DNA of 21,793 bases, from positions 1-21,793 of the forward strand of contig CBDUYR010000047.1 of NCBI GenBank assembly GCA_965371515.1, written 5' to 3'. Below are positions 1 to 8,666 of the stretch, in pieces; within the stretch, counting starts at the first letter, position 1; each line of letters begins with the position of its first letter. Under the pieces are notes generated by a model. It was not told where the DNA came from. It did no database searches and saw only the letters and a list, made by a program, of their open reading frames with translations. Source of the DNA: an uncultured bacterium. Its GTDB lineage: Bacteria; Krumholzibacteriota; Krumholzibacteriia; Krumholzibacteriales; Krumholzibacteriaceae. Position numbers and translations under genes: made by a program.

Positions 1-68
1 GGATATACTTCATGAGGATGAACGCGGGCGACTACGGGAAGTCGCGCAAGATCGTCTATCTGAGATAG
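1..68 (+). CDS. 3' end of a secreted protein with a T9SS type A / FlgD-Ig-like C-terminal sorting domain (partial)
   Basis: Frame from nt 3 reads IYFMRMNAGDYGKSRKIVYLR-stop (TAG 66-68), matching the 'G-I/V-Y-F...K-I/L-V-x-L-R/K' end typical of T9SS C-terminal domains; a terminator follows. Confidence 0.7.
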   Translation, partial: IYFMRMNAGDYGKSRKIVYLR

Positions 69-92
69 CTGTAACCCTGAAGAATTCAATGC

Positions 93-125
93 AGGGGCCG
101 GACATCCCGTCCGGCCCTTTTTATT
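93..125 (+). terminator. Rho-independent terminator
   Basis: Stem GGGCCGGAC (95-103) / GTCCGGCCC (109-117), 5-nt loop, followed by TTTTTATT; lies between convergent genes. Confidence 0.85.
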
Positions 126-149
126 ATGGGGAATCGTTGATTGTCCGGT

Positions 150-2666
150 TCAATCCTTCACCCGTGCTATCAGCAGGGTCAGGTCGTCCTTGCGCTCCGT
201 GCCGTCCATGAACTCCTTCACCTCGGTGGCAAGAAGTTCTACCATCTCATCGATACCGAGGTCACGGTTGCGTATCACAAACTCCTCTACCCTCTCCTCG
301 TCGTACATGTCGCCTTCCGGGTTCTCCGCCTCACTGAGGCCGTCGGTGTAGAGAAATAGCAGATCGCCCCTGTCGAGCTTTATCGATGCCTGCTCGTAGG
401 TCATGTCTGACATGGCTCCGAGGATCAGGCCCCCGCTCTCGAGGAGCGTCAGGCTTCCATCCTTCTTGACGAGCAGCGGAGGATTGTGCCCCGCGTTCAC
501 ATATTCGAACTGACCGGTCACGTGATCGTAGATCCCGCCAAAGAAGGTTATGAACTGGTGTGCCTGGGTGTTGTCGAATATCAGGTCGTTTATATGCTCT
601 ATCATCGTCTTGAGGTCCGAGCCGATCCGCACGGCGGTCCTGATCGAGGCCTGGAGGTTCGACATCAGCATCGCCGCGCCTGCCCCCTTGCCCGAGACGT
701 CTCCGATAGCAAGGACAGTCCTCGTATCGTCGAGATTTATGACGTCGAAATAATCCCCCGCCACTTCGAGGCAGGAGAGGCTCGTGCCGAACACCTCGAG
801 ACCGGGAGTATCAGGCATCACAGCGGGGAGCAGCCCTTCCTGTACCTTGCGTGCCATCGAGAGCTCGTTTTCCATCCTCAGCTTCTCGATATTCTCTTCG
901 AGCAGCCTGAGGTTCTCACCGGCGACGGCCACCTGGAACGATAGCGAGCGGAGCAGTTCGACGTCGGCCGCCTCGAAATCCTGCCGCGTCCTCTTCATCC
1001 CGATGGCGAGGAATCCGATCAGTTTGTGACGGCTCGCAAGAGGCAGCGCTACAGCGACATTATGTTTCTCCAGCCATTCCCGTTCCTGCGATGTCAAGTG
1101 GATCGTCTCCGTCGCCAGGATCTCGTCAACCATGAACGGCCTGTCCTCGAAAGTCGAAAGGGCCCGGGCAAAGTCGTTTTCCGGCAGGAATGGGGTCTCT
1201 TCCCCGCCGAGGAGAACCATCGGCCTGTCATCACCGGCTTTAAGGACCGTGATCAGGGCATCGACCTTGAGGACATCGCAGAGTCTCGCCTCAAGCTCGC
1301 TCCAGAATGTGTCGCGGTCGGACGCGGTGAGGGCGTTCGAGAGAAAATCGACCAGCATGTTCTTCAGCTCAGTCCTCTCCGGGTAGATCTTTCTCTCGAG
1401 AATACCCTGGACCCTCTTCTGCGCCGGCATGAACCCGACGGCCAGAGCAAGCGCCAGTGCCGGGATAAGCGCCTGGTTCTGCGTGCCTATCTTCGAGAGG
1501 ATGAATCCACTGAGGCTGTAGAGGATCGCGAAGAAGATAACGAGCAGCGCCGCCGTGATAGCGATGCGCCTCGTTCCTCTTTTTATCCTGCCCTCCACCT
1601 CGAGGAGCCTGTACTTACCGAATGCGTAGATGAACGAGAGCGGGGAGAGCAGCAGCCCGAGAAAAACGAGGATAAACATGCCGATAAGAAGGTGCATTGA
1701 CTGACTGACGAACCAGCTCCGGAAAAGAACGAGGAGCAGAATGACGAAAAAGAACCCGAATATACCTGTCCCTGTCCCCCACAACACGAGGCGGGTCTGC
1801 CGTTTCTCAAGGTTGTCCTTCGTCCTGATGTTTGTGCCGATAAGGAACCCGAATCCTGTGAAAATATGCACCATTATCAGTACAGCAATGGAGACATGGA
1901 TCGCTTCGGCCTCCATCAGGAAGGACAACACCTCAAGCACGATGACGGGAACGTAGATAAGGGCGTGAACAACAACGGGATGCCGGTTGACAAATCCGCG
2001 CGGTCTTGGAAAGAGCAACTGGAGATTCAGCCAGAATGCCCCGGTAAAGGCGACCAGGATCTGCATCACCGAAATCAGATGATCCATCAACCCGATCTGC
2101 ATCACCGGGATGTGCTCGTAACCGAATCTGAAAAGGACAATGAGGACGGCCGTCATCGAGAAGCAGAACATCGTGAGGGTTTTCACGGTACCTGAGTCAG
2201 GTTGCTTTATTAAGGCCCAGAATCCGGCAACCAGAAAGGCGACCCCTATCAGGGCTCTGAGCACAAAGATGGAAATGACAAAGCCGAAAAGCGTCCTCGA
2301 TACAGGTGTCGTCACGACCGTAGCCCGAAGAGTGTCCCCGTTCGAATCCTTAAAGAGGATATTCACTTCTTTGCCGGCCGGGTGCAGCGTTATTTCACGA
2401 AGGAGAACGCCTAATGAGGCCGGAGTTCCGTTGATGGAAAGCAGAGAATCTCCCACCTCAGGAATCGGGAGAGTATTGAAATCGGTATCATCCACCCTGG
2501 TAAATACGAGCGTGGAATCCCCTGCGACATCAATATCGCTGCGCATTTCTCCGCCGTTATTCCACTGGTTGACGCGGTACGCGTTCTGCGTCGTATGAAT
2601 GCCGGCCGTAATCAACACAACGATGCCCACAGCGGGGACAAGTATCTTGAGTATCTTCGATATCAT
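150..2666 (-). CDS. Membrane-bound PP2C/SpoIIE (RsbU-like) phosphatase with extracellular PDZ-like region, multi-TM region and GAF-like domain
   Basis: 838 aa. N-terminal TM, 'GDSLLSINGTP' PDZ-like stretch, about 9-10 hydrophobic helices, GAF-like segment (LPLASRHKLIGFLAIG...DVELLRSLSFQVAVA), and SpoIIE motifs VAGDYFD, IGDVSGKG, NAGHNPP, LYTDGLSEA, DDLT. Confidence 0.9.
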   Translation of the reverse strand: MISKILKILVPAVGIVVLITAGIHTTQNAYRVNQWNNGGEMRSDIDVAGDSTLVFTRVDDTDFNTLPIPEVGDSLLSINGTPASLGVLLREITLHPAGKEVNILFKDSNGDTLRATVVTTPVSRTLFGFVISIFVLRALIGVAFLVAGFWALIKQPDSGTVKTLTMFCFSMTAVLIVLFRFGYEHIPVMQIGLMDHLISVMQILVAFTGAFWLNLQLLFPRPRGFVNRHPVVVHALIYVPVIVLEVLSFLMEAEAIHVSIAVLIMVHIFTGFGFLIGTNIRTKDNLEKRQTRLVLWGTGTGIFGFFFVILLLVLFRSWFVSQSMHLLIGMFILVFLGLLLSPLSFIYAFGKYRLLEVEGRIKRGTRRIAITAALLVIFFAILYSLSGFILSKIGTQNQALIPALALALAVGFMPAQKRVQGILERKIYPERTELKNMLVDFLSNALTASDRDTFWSELEARLCDVLKVDALITVLKAGDDRPMVLLGGEETPFLPENDFARALSTFEDRPFMVDEILATETIHLTSQEREWLEKHNVAVALPLASRHKLIGFLAIGMKRTRQDFEAADVELLRSLSFQVAVAGENLRLLEENIEKLRMENELSMARKVQEGLLPAVMPDTPGLEVFGTSLSCLEVAGDYFDVINLDDTRTVLAIGDVSGKGAGAAMLMSNLQASIRTAVRIGSDLKTMIEHINDLIFDNTQAHQFITFFGGIYDHVTGQFEYVNAGHNPPLLVKKDGSLTLLESGGLILGAMSDMTYEQASIKLDRGDLLFLYTDGLSEAENPEGDMYDEERVEEFVIRNRDLGIDEMVELLATEVKEFMDGTERKDDLTLLIARVKD

Positions 2667-2676
2667 GATTACGGGA

Positions 2677-2706
2677 ATACTACATCATGAGAGTAACTAT
2701 ATTCAA
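2677..2706 (-). promoter_or_regulatory. Putative sigma70 promoter for the phosphatase gene
   Basis: TTGAAT (2706-2701), 18-nt spacer, TAGTAT (2682-2677); only 10 nt before the ATG at 2666. Confidence 0.35.
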
Positions 2707-2733
2707 AAAGAATCATGCGGGAATCCGGCCGGT

Positions 2734-3609
2734 TCACCCGGCAGTCACCATCAATATGCCGACAAGCGTCATCACAACGGCGATGACCTTGCGTCTGGTC
2801 AGGGGCTCACCGAGGAATATCGTCGCCATGATGATTATGTGGATCGTGCTGGTCTGGTTCAGGATCGCCGCCGTGCCCGCCTGGGTGTATTTCATCCCGG
2901 CGATCCAGAGGATCAGGGCGAGAAACGACCCGATCACCGTGCCGGGGATCATGTACCTCCACGACGAAGAGGGCCTGAAGTGCGAGAATATCTTCCGTCT
3001 CGATGGGAGAAGGATCGCCACGGGAAGCATCGCAAGGAAGCTTCCTATCTGGCGAACAGCCGTTGCCCAGAGTACAGGCGAGCGGTTCAGAACGGGCTTT
3101 GCGATTACGATACCGATACCGAGAGTAAGCATGGCGAGGACTCCCCACGTGATCCCCAATATCAGCTGCCGCTTCGTCGTACCCGGGGGCGGATCGTGCT
3201 TTGTGGCGATGAATACACCGAGCAGCACGGCGCCCATACCTGCGAGCTGCCAGGACCCGAGCTTCTCGCCGATCAGAAGCCAGGCGAAGAAGACTATAGA
3301 TGGAGAATAGAGTCCGTCGACGATCGCGTTCAGGCCTGCTCCGACCCGGTTGAGGCACATGTGGAAGAGGGTGTCGGATATCGCGATCGCGATCACGCCG
3401 CTGGCAATCAGAATAAGGTAGTCGGTCAGCGGGGCCACGCCGAATATCGGTTTGCGGATGATGATGAACATCAGCACGAAGAGGACCGACGATACGGCCA
3501 CCCTGAAGAAGTTGAGGGCGAAGGGCGGGACTTTCTCCCCCGACTTCTTGAACAGGATCACTGCTATCGCCCAGGCAACTGCGGTCGTCAGTGCGAACAG
3601 CTCTCCCAA
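2734..3609 (-). CDS. DMT/EamA family transporter
   Basis: 291 aa, about 10 TM helices in two EamA-like repeats (…LIGEKL…, …FLGEPL…); TTG start. Confidence 0.9.
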   Translation of the reverse strand: MGELFALTTAVAWAIAVILFKKSGEKVPPFALNFFRVAVSSVLFVLMFIIIRKPIFGVAPLTDYLILIASGVIAIAISDTLFHMCLNRVGAGLNAIVDGLYSPSIVFFAWLLIGEKLGSWQLAGMGAVLLGVFIATKHDPPPGTTKRQLILGITWGVLAMLTLGIGIVIAKPVLNRSPVLWATAVRQIGSFLAMLPVAILLPSRRKIFSHFRPSSSWRYMIPGTVIGSFLALILWIAGMKYTQAGTAAILNQTSTIHIIIMATIFLGEPLTRRKVIAVVMTLVGILMVTAG

Positions 3610-3627
3610 GAGATCACTTCCCGTATG

Positions 3628-3663
3628 AAAAGAAGGGCGGGGAAACGCTCCGTCCCCCCGCCC
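3628..3663 (-). terminator. Rho-independent terminator downstream of the S46 peptidase
   Basis: Minus strand reads GGGCGGGGGGACG-GAG-CGTTTCCCCGCCC (GC-rich stem with G-U pairs) followed by TTCTTTT. Confidence 0.75.
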
Positions 3664-3709
3664 GAAAACTGCGCCTGCGGCGCCAGACCGCCGCTGCAGT
3701 GCAGGACCT

Positions 3710-5869
3710 TTACTGTATTGTCAATTCTCCGAGCAGCTCGTATGCGCCGGAGAACTTGTCGAGCACGAACAGGATGTAGCGCGACTCGACACTGATGCAT
3801 CTGTTCAACTCGGAGTTGAACAGGTAGTCGGCCGAGATGCTCTCCCAGTTGCCGTCGAATGCGGCGCCGATGCATTCGCCCTTGCCGTTGATGATCGGGC
3901 TGCCGGAGTTGCCGCCGGTGATGTCGGTCGTCGACAGGAAGTCGACAGGAACGTCAACGAAACATCCGTGCTCATACTTGCCGAAGTCCTTCTTCTCCCA
4001 GAGCTTGACGAGCTTCTCGGGACAGTCGAACGGCTCCTCGCCGGTGTTCTTCTCGATGGCACCGCCGAGCCTCGTGATGCAGTTGTAGTTGACGGCGTCA
4101 GCCGGGCTGTATCCCTTTACCGTGCCATAGGTGAGACGCATCGTACCGTTGGCGTCGGGATAGAAGGCGCCGCCCTTCCACTCTCTCATGCCCTCGATCA
4201 ACAACGGGCGAACGGCGGAGATGTTGCCGGCAAACTCCTCGCCGCGGTCCTCTATCTCCTTGAACTCAGGATATACCTTCGCGTAGAAGTCGATAAAGGT
4301 GTCGCCCTCCTTCATCAGCTCGTCACGCGAGAGATCGAACATCCTCATGCGCTCTTCAGCGTTGTCAAGTTTCGTTCCAGCATAGAGGTCGTCGATCAGT
4401 ACATCGACCTTCTCTTCGTCCGTACCGGAGTATCCGGCAAGCATCTCGTCGAACGCCTTGATGCGCTGTGCTTCGGGAAGGTCGAGGGCCGTCAGCATGA
4501 AATATCTGAGGAACTGCCGGTCGACACCCTCATCGTATCCCATGTCTATCATTTCCAGGCGCTGCTTGATCCGCGGGATATTTCGTTCCATATAGCCTGG
4601 TTCGCGGTCCATATCCTTCTTTGCCTTCTCCTCGGTCCACCGGTAGATCGTTCCTGAAGCGCTCATCATCTGATTCATGAAGCTGATGAAGCCCCCGATG
4701 ACACCCTTGTCACGGTAGAGGGCCTGCTCCTCATAAAGTTTCTCGATGGCGGGCAGAACCTTGCCGTACTTCTTCTTGCGCTTCTTGTCGGCATTGACCC
4801 ACTCGGTGAATTCCTTCTCCTCGGCGATCTTCTGCTCGAGAAGTCCGGCCTTCCTGAATCCCTCGATCTGACCCTCGTAGTTCTTCATCGAGTTGTTGAA
4901 CATCGCATCGAATCTGGCCATCTTGATCTTGACGCCGGGATTATTTTCGCTGGCCTTGTTTATGATGTCCAGCAGCTCGCCGAACAACTTGACCCGGCCC
5001 GGGAAGCGCCAGTTCTGCGACCAGTCGGTCGAATACGACGAGCGATAGCGCATCGTCTGGCCGGGGAAACCGATGATCATCGTGAAGTCGTCCTTCCCGA
5101 CACCCTCGAGTGACATCGGAAGGTGAACTGCCGGCTCGTAGGGCACGTTGTCCTCGGAATATTCAGCCGAGCTGCCGTCGGGTGCGACGTAAACCCTGAG
5201 GAACGAGAAGTCGCCTGTATGACGGGGCCACATCCAGTTGTCGATGTCACCACCGTAGTTGCCGATAGATTTAGGGGGGGCGTATACGATACGGACGTCC
5301 TTGCTCATGAAATATGTGAACATCTTGTACTGCATTCCGCCGTAGAAGCTCGCCACGGTCACGCGCACGTCCCTGCCCTCTTCAGCCTCGGCCGTGATCT
5401 TCTTGATCTCGTCCTCTATCGCCTCGTACCGCTTCGCGCCCTTCTTGCCCTTGGCAGCCTTGAGGACCCTGTCCGAGACTTCTTCGATCGATATCAGAAC
5501 GCGGGCCTCGTAGCCGTGCGCCTGGAGCTCCCTTTCGGACCTGTCGGCGTAGAAGCCGTCATCGATATAGTTGTGTTCCTCGGAGCTGGCCCTCTGAAGG
5601 GCCCCGAAGGCAACGTGATGGTTGGTCAATATCAGCCCGTACGGGGATACGAACGAGCCTGTACCGCCACCCAGGTTGACTATGGCGTAGGCGATGCCCT
5701 TGCCCCCGGGCGCGTAGATCTCCTCCTGCGAGAGCTCGAGCCCGAGCTCCTGCATGCGGGCAAACAGCTCCGCGTCGAACTTGTCGAGCTGCCACATGCC
5801 TTCCTCGGCCGGGGCGGCCGTCGAGAGCAGCATAATCGCCAGAATGGCGACAAATACCCTGTGCTTCAT
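3710..5869 (-). CDS. S46 family dipeptidyl peptidase (DPP7-like), secreted
   Basis: Start moved to ATG 5869 (MKHRVFVAIL…, signal peptide, GGGGG RBS). Motifs EEGMW, TNHH, GGDIDNWMWPRHTGD, DITGGNSGSP, FDGNWE; Gly in FDGNWE corresponds to DPP7-type rather than DPP11-type S1 specificity. Confidence 0.93.
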   Translation of the reverse strand: MKHRVFVAILAIMLLSTAAPAEEGMWQLDKFDAELFARMQELGLELSQEEIYAPGGKGIAYAIVNLGGGTGSFVSPYGLILTNHHVAFGALQRASSEEHNYIDDGFYADRSERELQAHGYEARVLISIEEVSDRVLKAAKGKKGAKRYEAIEDEIKKITAEAEEGRDVRVTVASFYGGMQYKMFTYFMSKDVRIVYAPPKSIGNYGGDIDNWMWPRHTGDFSFLRVYVAPDGSSAEYSEDNVPYEPAVHLPMSLEGVGKDDFTMIIGFPGQTMRYRSSYSTDWSQNWRFPGRVKLFGELLDIINKASENNPGVKIKMARFDAMFNNSMKNYEGQIEGFRKAGLLEQKIAEEKEFTEWVNADKKRKKKYGKVLPAIEKLYEEQALYRDKGVIGGFISFMNQMMSASGTIYRWTEEKAKKDMDREPGYMERNIPRIKQRLEMIDMGYDEGVDRQFLRYFMLTALDLPEAQRIKAFDEMLAGYSGTDEEKVDVLIDDLYAGTKLDNAEERMRMFDLSRDELMKEGDTFIDFYAKVYPEFKEIEDRGEEFAGNISAVRPLLIEGMREWKGGAFYPDANGTMRLTYGTVKGYSPADAVNYNCITRLGGAIEKNTGEEPFDCPEKLVKLWEKKDFGKYEHGCFVDVPVDFLSTTDITGGNSGSPIINGKGECIGAAFDGNWESISADYLFNSELNRCISVESRYILFVLDKFSGAYELLGELTIQ

Positions 5870-5930
5870 GAAGTTACCCCCATCTATAAGGATTAAGGTG
5901 TTGAGTCGTTGATTCCAGATACGTGGTAGC

Positions 5931-5959
5931 AAGGTATATTGATGCGATGATTATGTCAA
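5931..5959 (-). promoter_or_regulatory. sigma70-type promoter for the S46 peptidase
   Basis: TTGACA (5959-5954), 17-nt spacer, TACCTT (5936-5931). Confidence 0.65.
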
Positions 5960-5995
5960 GGCGCGTAAATATCTGCGGAATCGGGCCCTGTGACT

Positions 5996-6349
5996 TCACC
6001 AGATCGATTTGAGATAGCCGATGGCCTCGTCGACCGTCTCGAATATCTTCATGATGAACTTCAGGTTGGTAACCTTGAATATGTTGTCAAGCCTCGCCGA
6101 GCTGTTGACCACGACGAGCTCCGCCTCCTCCTTCTGCGCCATCGTCCAGGCCGAGATGAGGATGCCTATGCCGGTGCTGTTCGACCACTGGAGCCTCGAG
6201 AGATCGAGTATGATCTTCTTCTTATCGTTCTTGAGCAGTGTTTCGACCTCGCCCCAGAGGTCGTAATCGTCATGCTCGCCGACGAGCTTGCGCGCGCCGA
6301 GATCGATTACGGCTATACCGTCGAAGAATTCTGTCTTGATCTCTCCCAC
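5996..6349 (-). CDS. STAS-domain anti-sigma factor antagonist (RsbV/SpoIIAA-like)
   Basis: 117 aa; IILDLSRLQWSNSTGIGIL with the phosphorylatable Ser, IFKVTNL, FETVDEAI; GTG start with a GGAG RBS. Confidence 0.9.
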   Translation of the reverse strand: MGEIKTEFFDGIAVIDLGARKLVGEHDDYDLWGEVETLLKNDKKKIILDLSRLQWSNSTGIGILISAWTMAQKEEAELVVVNSSARLDNIFKVTNLKFIMKIFETVDEAIGYLKSIW

Positions 6350-6499
6350 TCGCTCTCTCCGTACCGGGGATCCATGATCTCAGCTTCAACGTCACGGAAG
6401 AGTATCATCAGGCGCCGGATGGCGCTATAAGAAACATGGCGGGCAGCGGCAGGCAGGCCAATACGGGGATGGCTTCAGGATCCTCTATCATTCCGGCTC

Positions 6500-7528
6500 T
6501 CACTTTATCTTGAGCACTTTCGCGCCGCGGATCTTTCTCTGTTTCAGCTCCACGAGCGCCCTGTTTGCATCCTCCAGGGAATAGACTTCCGTCTCCGGCC
6601 TGATCGGGATCTCCGCGGCGAGCTCGAGGAACTCGGCGATGTCGCTGCCGGCGACATTGGCCACGCTCTTGATCTCCTTCTCCATCCAGAGGTGCTCGGT
6701 GTAGTCGATGTTGAGCAGGTATTCCTTATCGCGGTCTTCCTTGCGGATCGCGTTTATCACGAGCCTGCCGCCCGGCGCGAGGTTGCGCAGCGCCTCGACG
6801 ACCGGTTTCCATACGGGGGTCGTGTCGATGATCGCATCGAGCTTCTCGGGCGACTTGTCTGTCGTATCGCCGGCCCACGCGGCGCCGAGTTCGAGGGCGA
6901 ACTCCCGCTCGCCGGGACTCCTCGCGAAGACGTATACCTTCATATCGGGATACCTGTGCCGGACCATCTTGAGAACGAGATGGCCCGATGCGCCGAACCC
7001 GGTCAGCCCGAGCCTCTTCGTTCCGGATATCCCGGTGAGATTCATCGAGCGGTAACCGATCGCCCCCGCGCAGAGAAGCGGAGCCGCCTCGACATCGGTG
7101 AAGAGGCCGGGTATAGGGAAGGCGTGATTTTCAGGGACGATCATGAGCTCTGCGTACCCGCCGTTGACATCGCGGCCTGTGGCGCGGAATTCCGCACAGA
7201 GGTTCTCCTGTCCCGATACGCAGAGATCACACTCACCGCAGGCTGAATATATCCATCCCACCCCGACCCGCACGCCGGGCTGGAATTTTTTCGCCCCGGG
7301 CCCTGACTTCTCGACCGTTCCGACCACCTGGTGTCCCGGAACGACGGGCAGTACCGGAGGCGGAGTCCTTCCCTCTATCTCGTCGAGCTCGGTGTGGCAG
7401 ACGCCGCAGGCAGAGACCCTTATCAGGACCTCGCCGCTGCCGGGCTCCGGATCGGGCAACTCGGCCAGGCGCAGGGGCTCGCCGCATTCACCGAGATCGC
7501 AGATTCTTTCGAGGATCATCGCCTTCAT
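6500..7528 (-). CDS. Zinc-dependent alcohol dehydrogenase family protein (MDR)
   Basis: CGVCHTE, GHQVVG, structural Zn CGECDLC…NLC, LLCAG, GFGASG nucleotide-binding motif; GGAGG RBS. Confidence 0.93.
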   Translation of the reverse strand: MKAMILERICDLGECGEPLRLAELPDPEPGSGEVLIRVSACGVCHTELDEIEGRTPPPVLPVVPGHQVVGTVEKSGPGAKKFQPGVRVGVGWIYSACGECDLCVSGQENLCAEFRATGRDVNGGYAELMIVPENHAFPIPGLFTDVEAAPLLCAGAIGYRSMNLTGISGTKRLGLTGFGASGHLVLKMVRHRYPDMKVYVFARSPGEREFALELGAAWAGDTTDKSPEKLDAIIDTTPVWKPVVEALRNLAPGGRLVINAIRKEDRDKEYLLNIDYTEHLWMEKEIKSVANVAGSDIAEFLELAAEIPIRPETEVYSLEDANRALVELKQRKIRGAKVLKIK

Positions 7529-7554
7529 GAAACGCCTCCAGTCTATCTTCGCAT

Positions 7555-7583
7555 ACTATACTCCTCCCCGGCTTGTCGTTCAA
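7555..7583 (-). promoter_or_regulatory. sigma70-type promoter for the alcohol dehydrogenase
   Basis: TTGAAC (7583-7578), 17-nt spacer, TATAGT (7560-7555). Confidence 0.55.
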
Positions 7584-7700
7584 TGATCCGAAATGGACTG
7601 AATACTTGATTTCCATACGGAGATAGGAAACCATGGGTACAGATAAGCGTGAAAAGCGGCGGATAGTCGAAAAACAGTAAAAATGATGGAGGAGGTCGAA

Positions 7701-8342
7701 ATGCCGATGCTCAACGAAGAAGCGAGGAAACAGCTCGAGGAGATCCTCTCGAGGATGGAAGACGAGGTGGAGCTCGTGATATTCACGCAGGAGATCGAGT
7801 GCAATACCTGCGCCGATACGAGGACCTTCATCGAGGAGTTCGGGGAGATCTCGGACAAGCTGAAGATCACGGTGCTCGATTTCGTGAAGGACCTGGGGCG
7901 TGCGGAAGATCTCGGCGTTGACAAGATCCCCGCTATAGCAGTCCTGGACAAGGACGGTAAGAATACGGGCATCAAGTTCTACGGCATCCCGGCCGGTTAC
8001 GAGATCAACTCGCTCACGCACGTGGTCCTTGCCGTATCGGGCGACAAGGAAGAGATACCGGAGGATCTCCTTGAGCGGATCAGAAAGATCGACAGTCCGG
8101 TCCATATCGAGGTGTTCATCGGGCTGACCTGCCCCTACTGTCCTCCCGCTGTCGCGACGGCGAACATGCTGGCCCTCGAGAACGAAAAGATCAGGTCCGA
8201 CATGATCGAGGGCTCGACATTCCCCCACCTGCTGCTCAAGCACAATATAATGGGAGTGCCGGCAATCGTAATCGACGACAAGGTTGTCCTCACAGGAGCT
8301 CAGCCGATCGAAAAGATGCTAGATGCGATCAAGGGATTATAA
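7701..8342 (+). CDS. Protein disulfide oxidoreductase (two thioredoxin folds; AhpF N-terminal-domain/PDO-like)
   Basis: CNTC and CPYC motifs, FYGIPAGYE, GVP, GAQP; start at ATG 7701 after a GGAGGAGG RBS. Confidence 0.9.
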   Translation: MPMLNEEARKQLEEILSRMEDEVELVIFTQEIECNTCADTRTFIEEFGEISDKLKITVLDFVKDLGRAEDLGVDKIPAIAVLDKDGKNTGIKFYGIPAGYEINSLTHVVLAVSGDKEEIPEDLLERIRKIDSPVHIEVFIGLTCPYCPPAVATANMLALENEKIRSDMIEGSTFPHLLLKHNIMGVPAIVIDDKVVLTGAQPIEKMLDAIKGL

Positions 8343-8651
8343 AGATCCTGAATTTCTTTTTTTACCGCCGCTGACCCCGAGTACCCTCATGAGGATAAGC
8401 GCATAGACGAGGACCACTATCGCAGAAGCGCCCCCGCCACGCAGGGCCGCCGTATACTCGCCTTCCCCGATATTGGTCCCGATGAAGGCCGCAGTGAATC
8501 CGGCGAGGAGTATCCATGCGATGAGCAGAAACCACTTCCACCACGTCATCAGCGCGCCCTTCTCCTTCAGCCATGCCCTCAGCGCGGTAATCAGCACAAC
8601 GAAGAAAACGCCCTCGATGAACCAGAACATTCCGCTGGTAAAGAATCTCAT
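8337..8651 (-). CDS. rdhB: Reductive dehalogenase membrane anchor (RdhB-like)
   Basis: 104 aa, three TM helices, WWKW (WYxW-like) motif and GEGEYTAALRG motif; starts 15 nt after the rdhA stop. Confidence 0.8.
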   Translation of the reverse strand: MRFFTSGMFWFIEGVFFVVLITALRAWLKEKGALMTWWKWFLLIAWILLAGFTAAFIGTNIGEGEYTAALRGGGASAIVVLVYALILMRVLGVSGGKKRNSGSL

Positions 8652-8666
8652 ATCTCCGAACTCCCG

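Noticed and set aside
2599..3795. 398-aa plus-strand ORF
   Set aside because: Antisense shadow of the DMT gene; R/H/D-rich with no recognisable motif, as expected in high-GC DNA.
5870..5932. Upstream TTG start for the S46 peptidase given by the ORF track
   Set aside because: It overlaps the predicted -10 box; ATG 5869 gives a proper signal peptide and RBS.
6350..6499. Short minus-strand frames between the ADH and STAS genes (MIEDPEAIPVLACLPLPA…; …HVSYSAIRRLMILFRDVEAEIMDPRYGE…)
   Set aside because: Could be a gene remnant, but I recognise no motif or convincing RBS.
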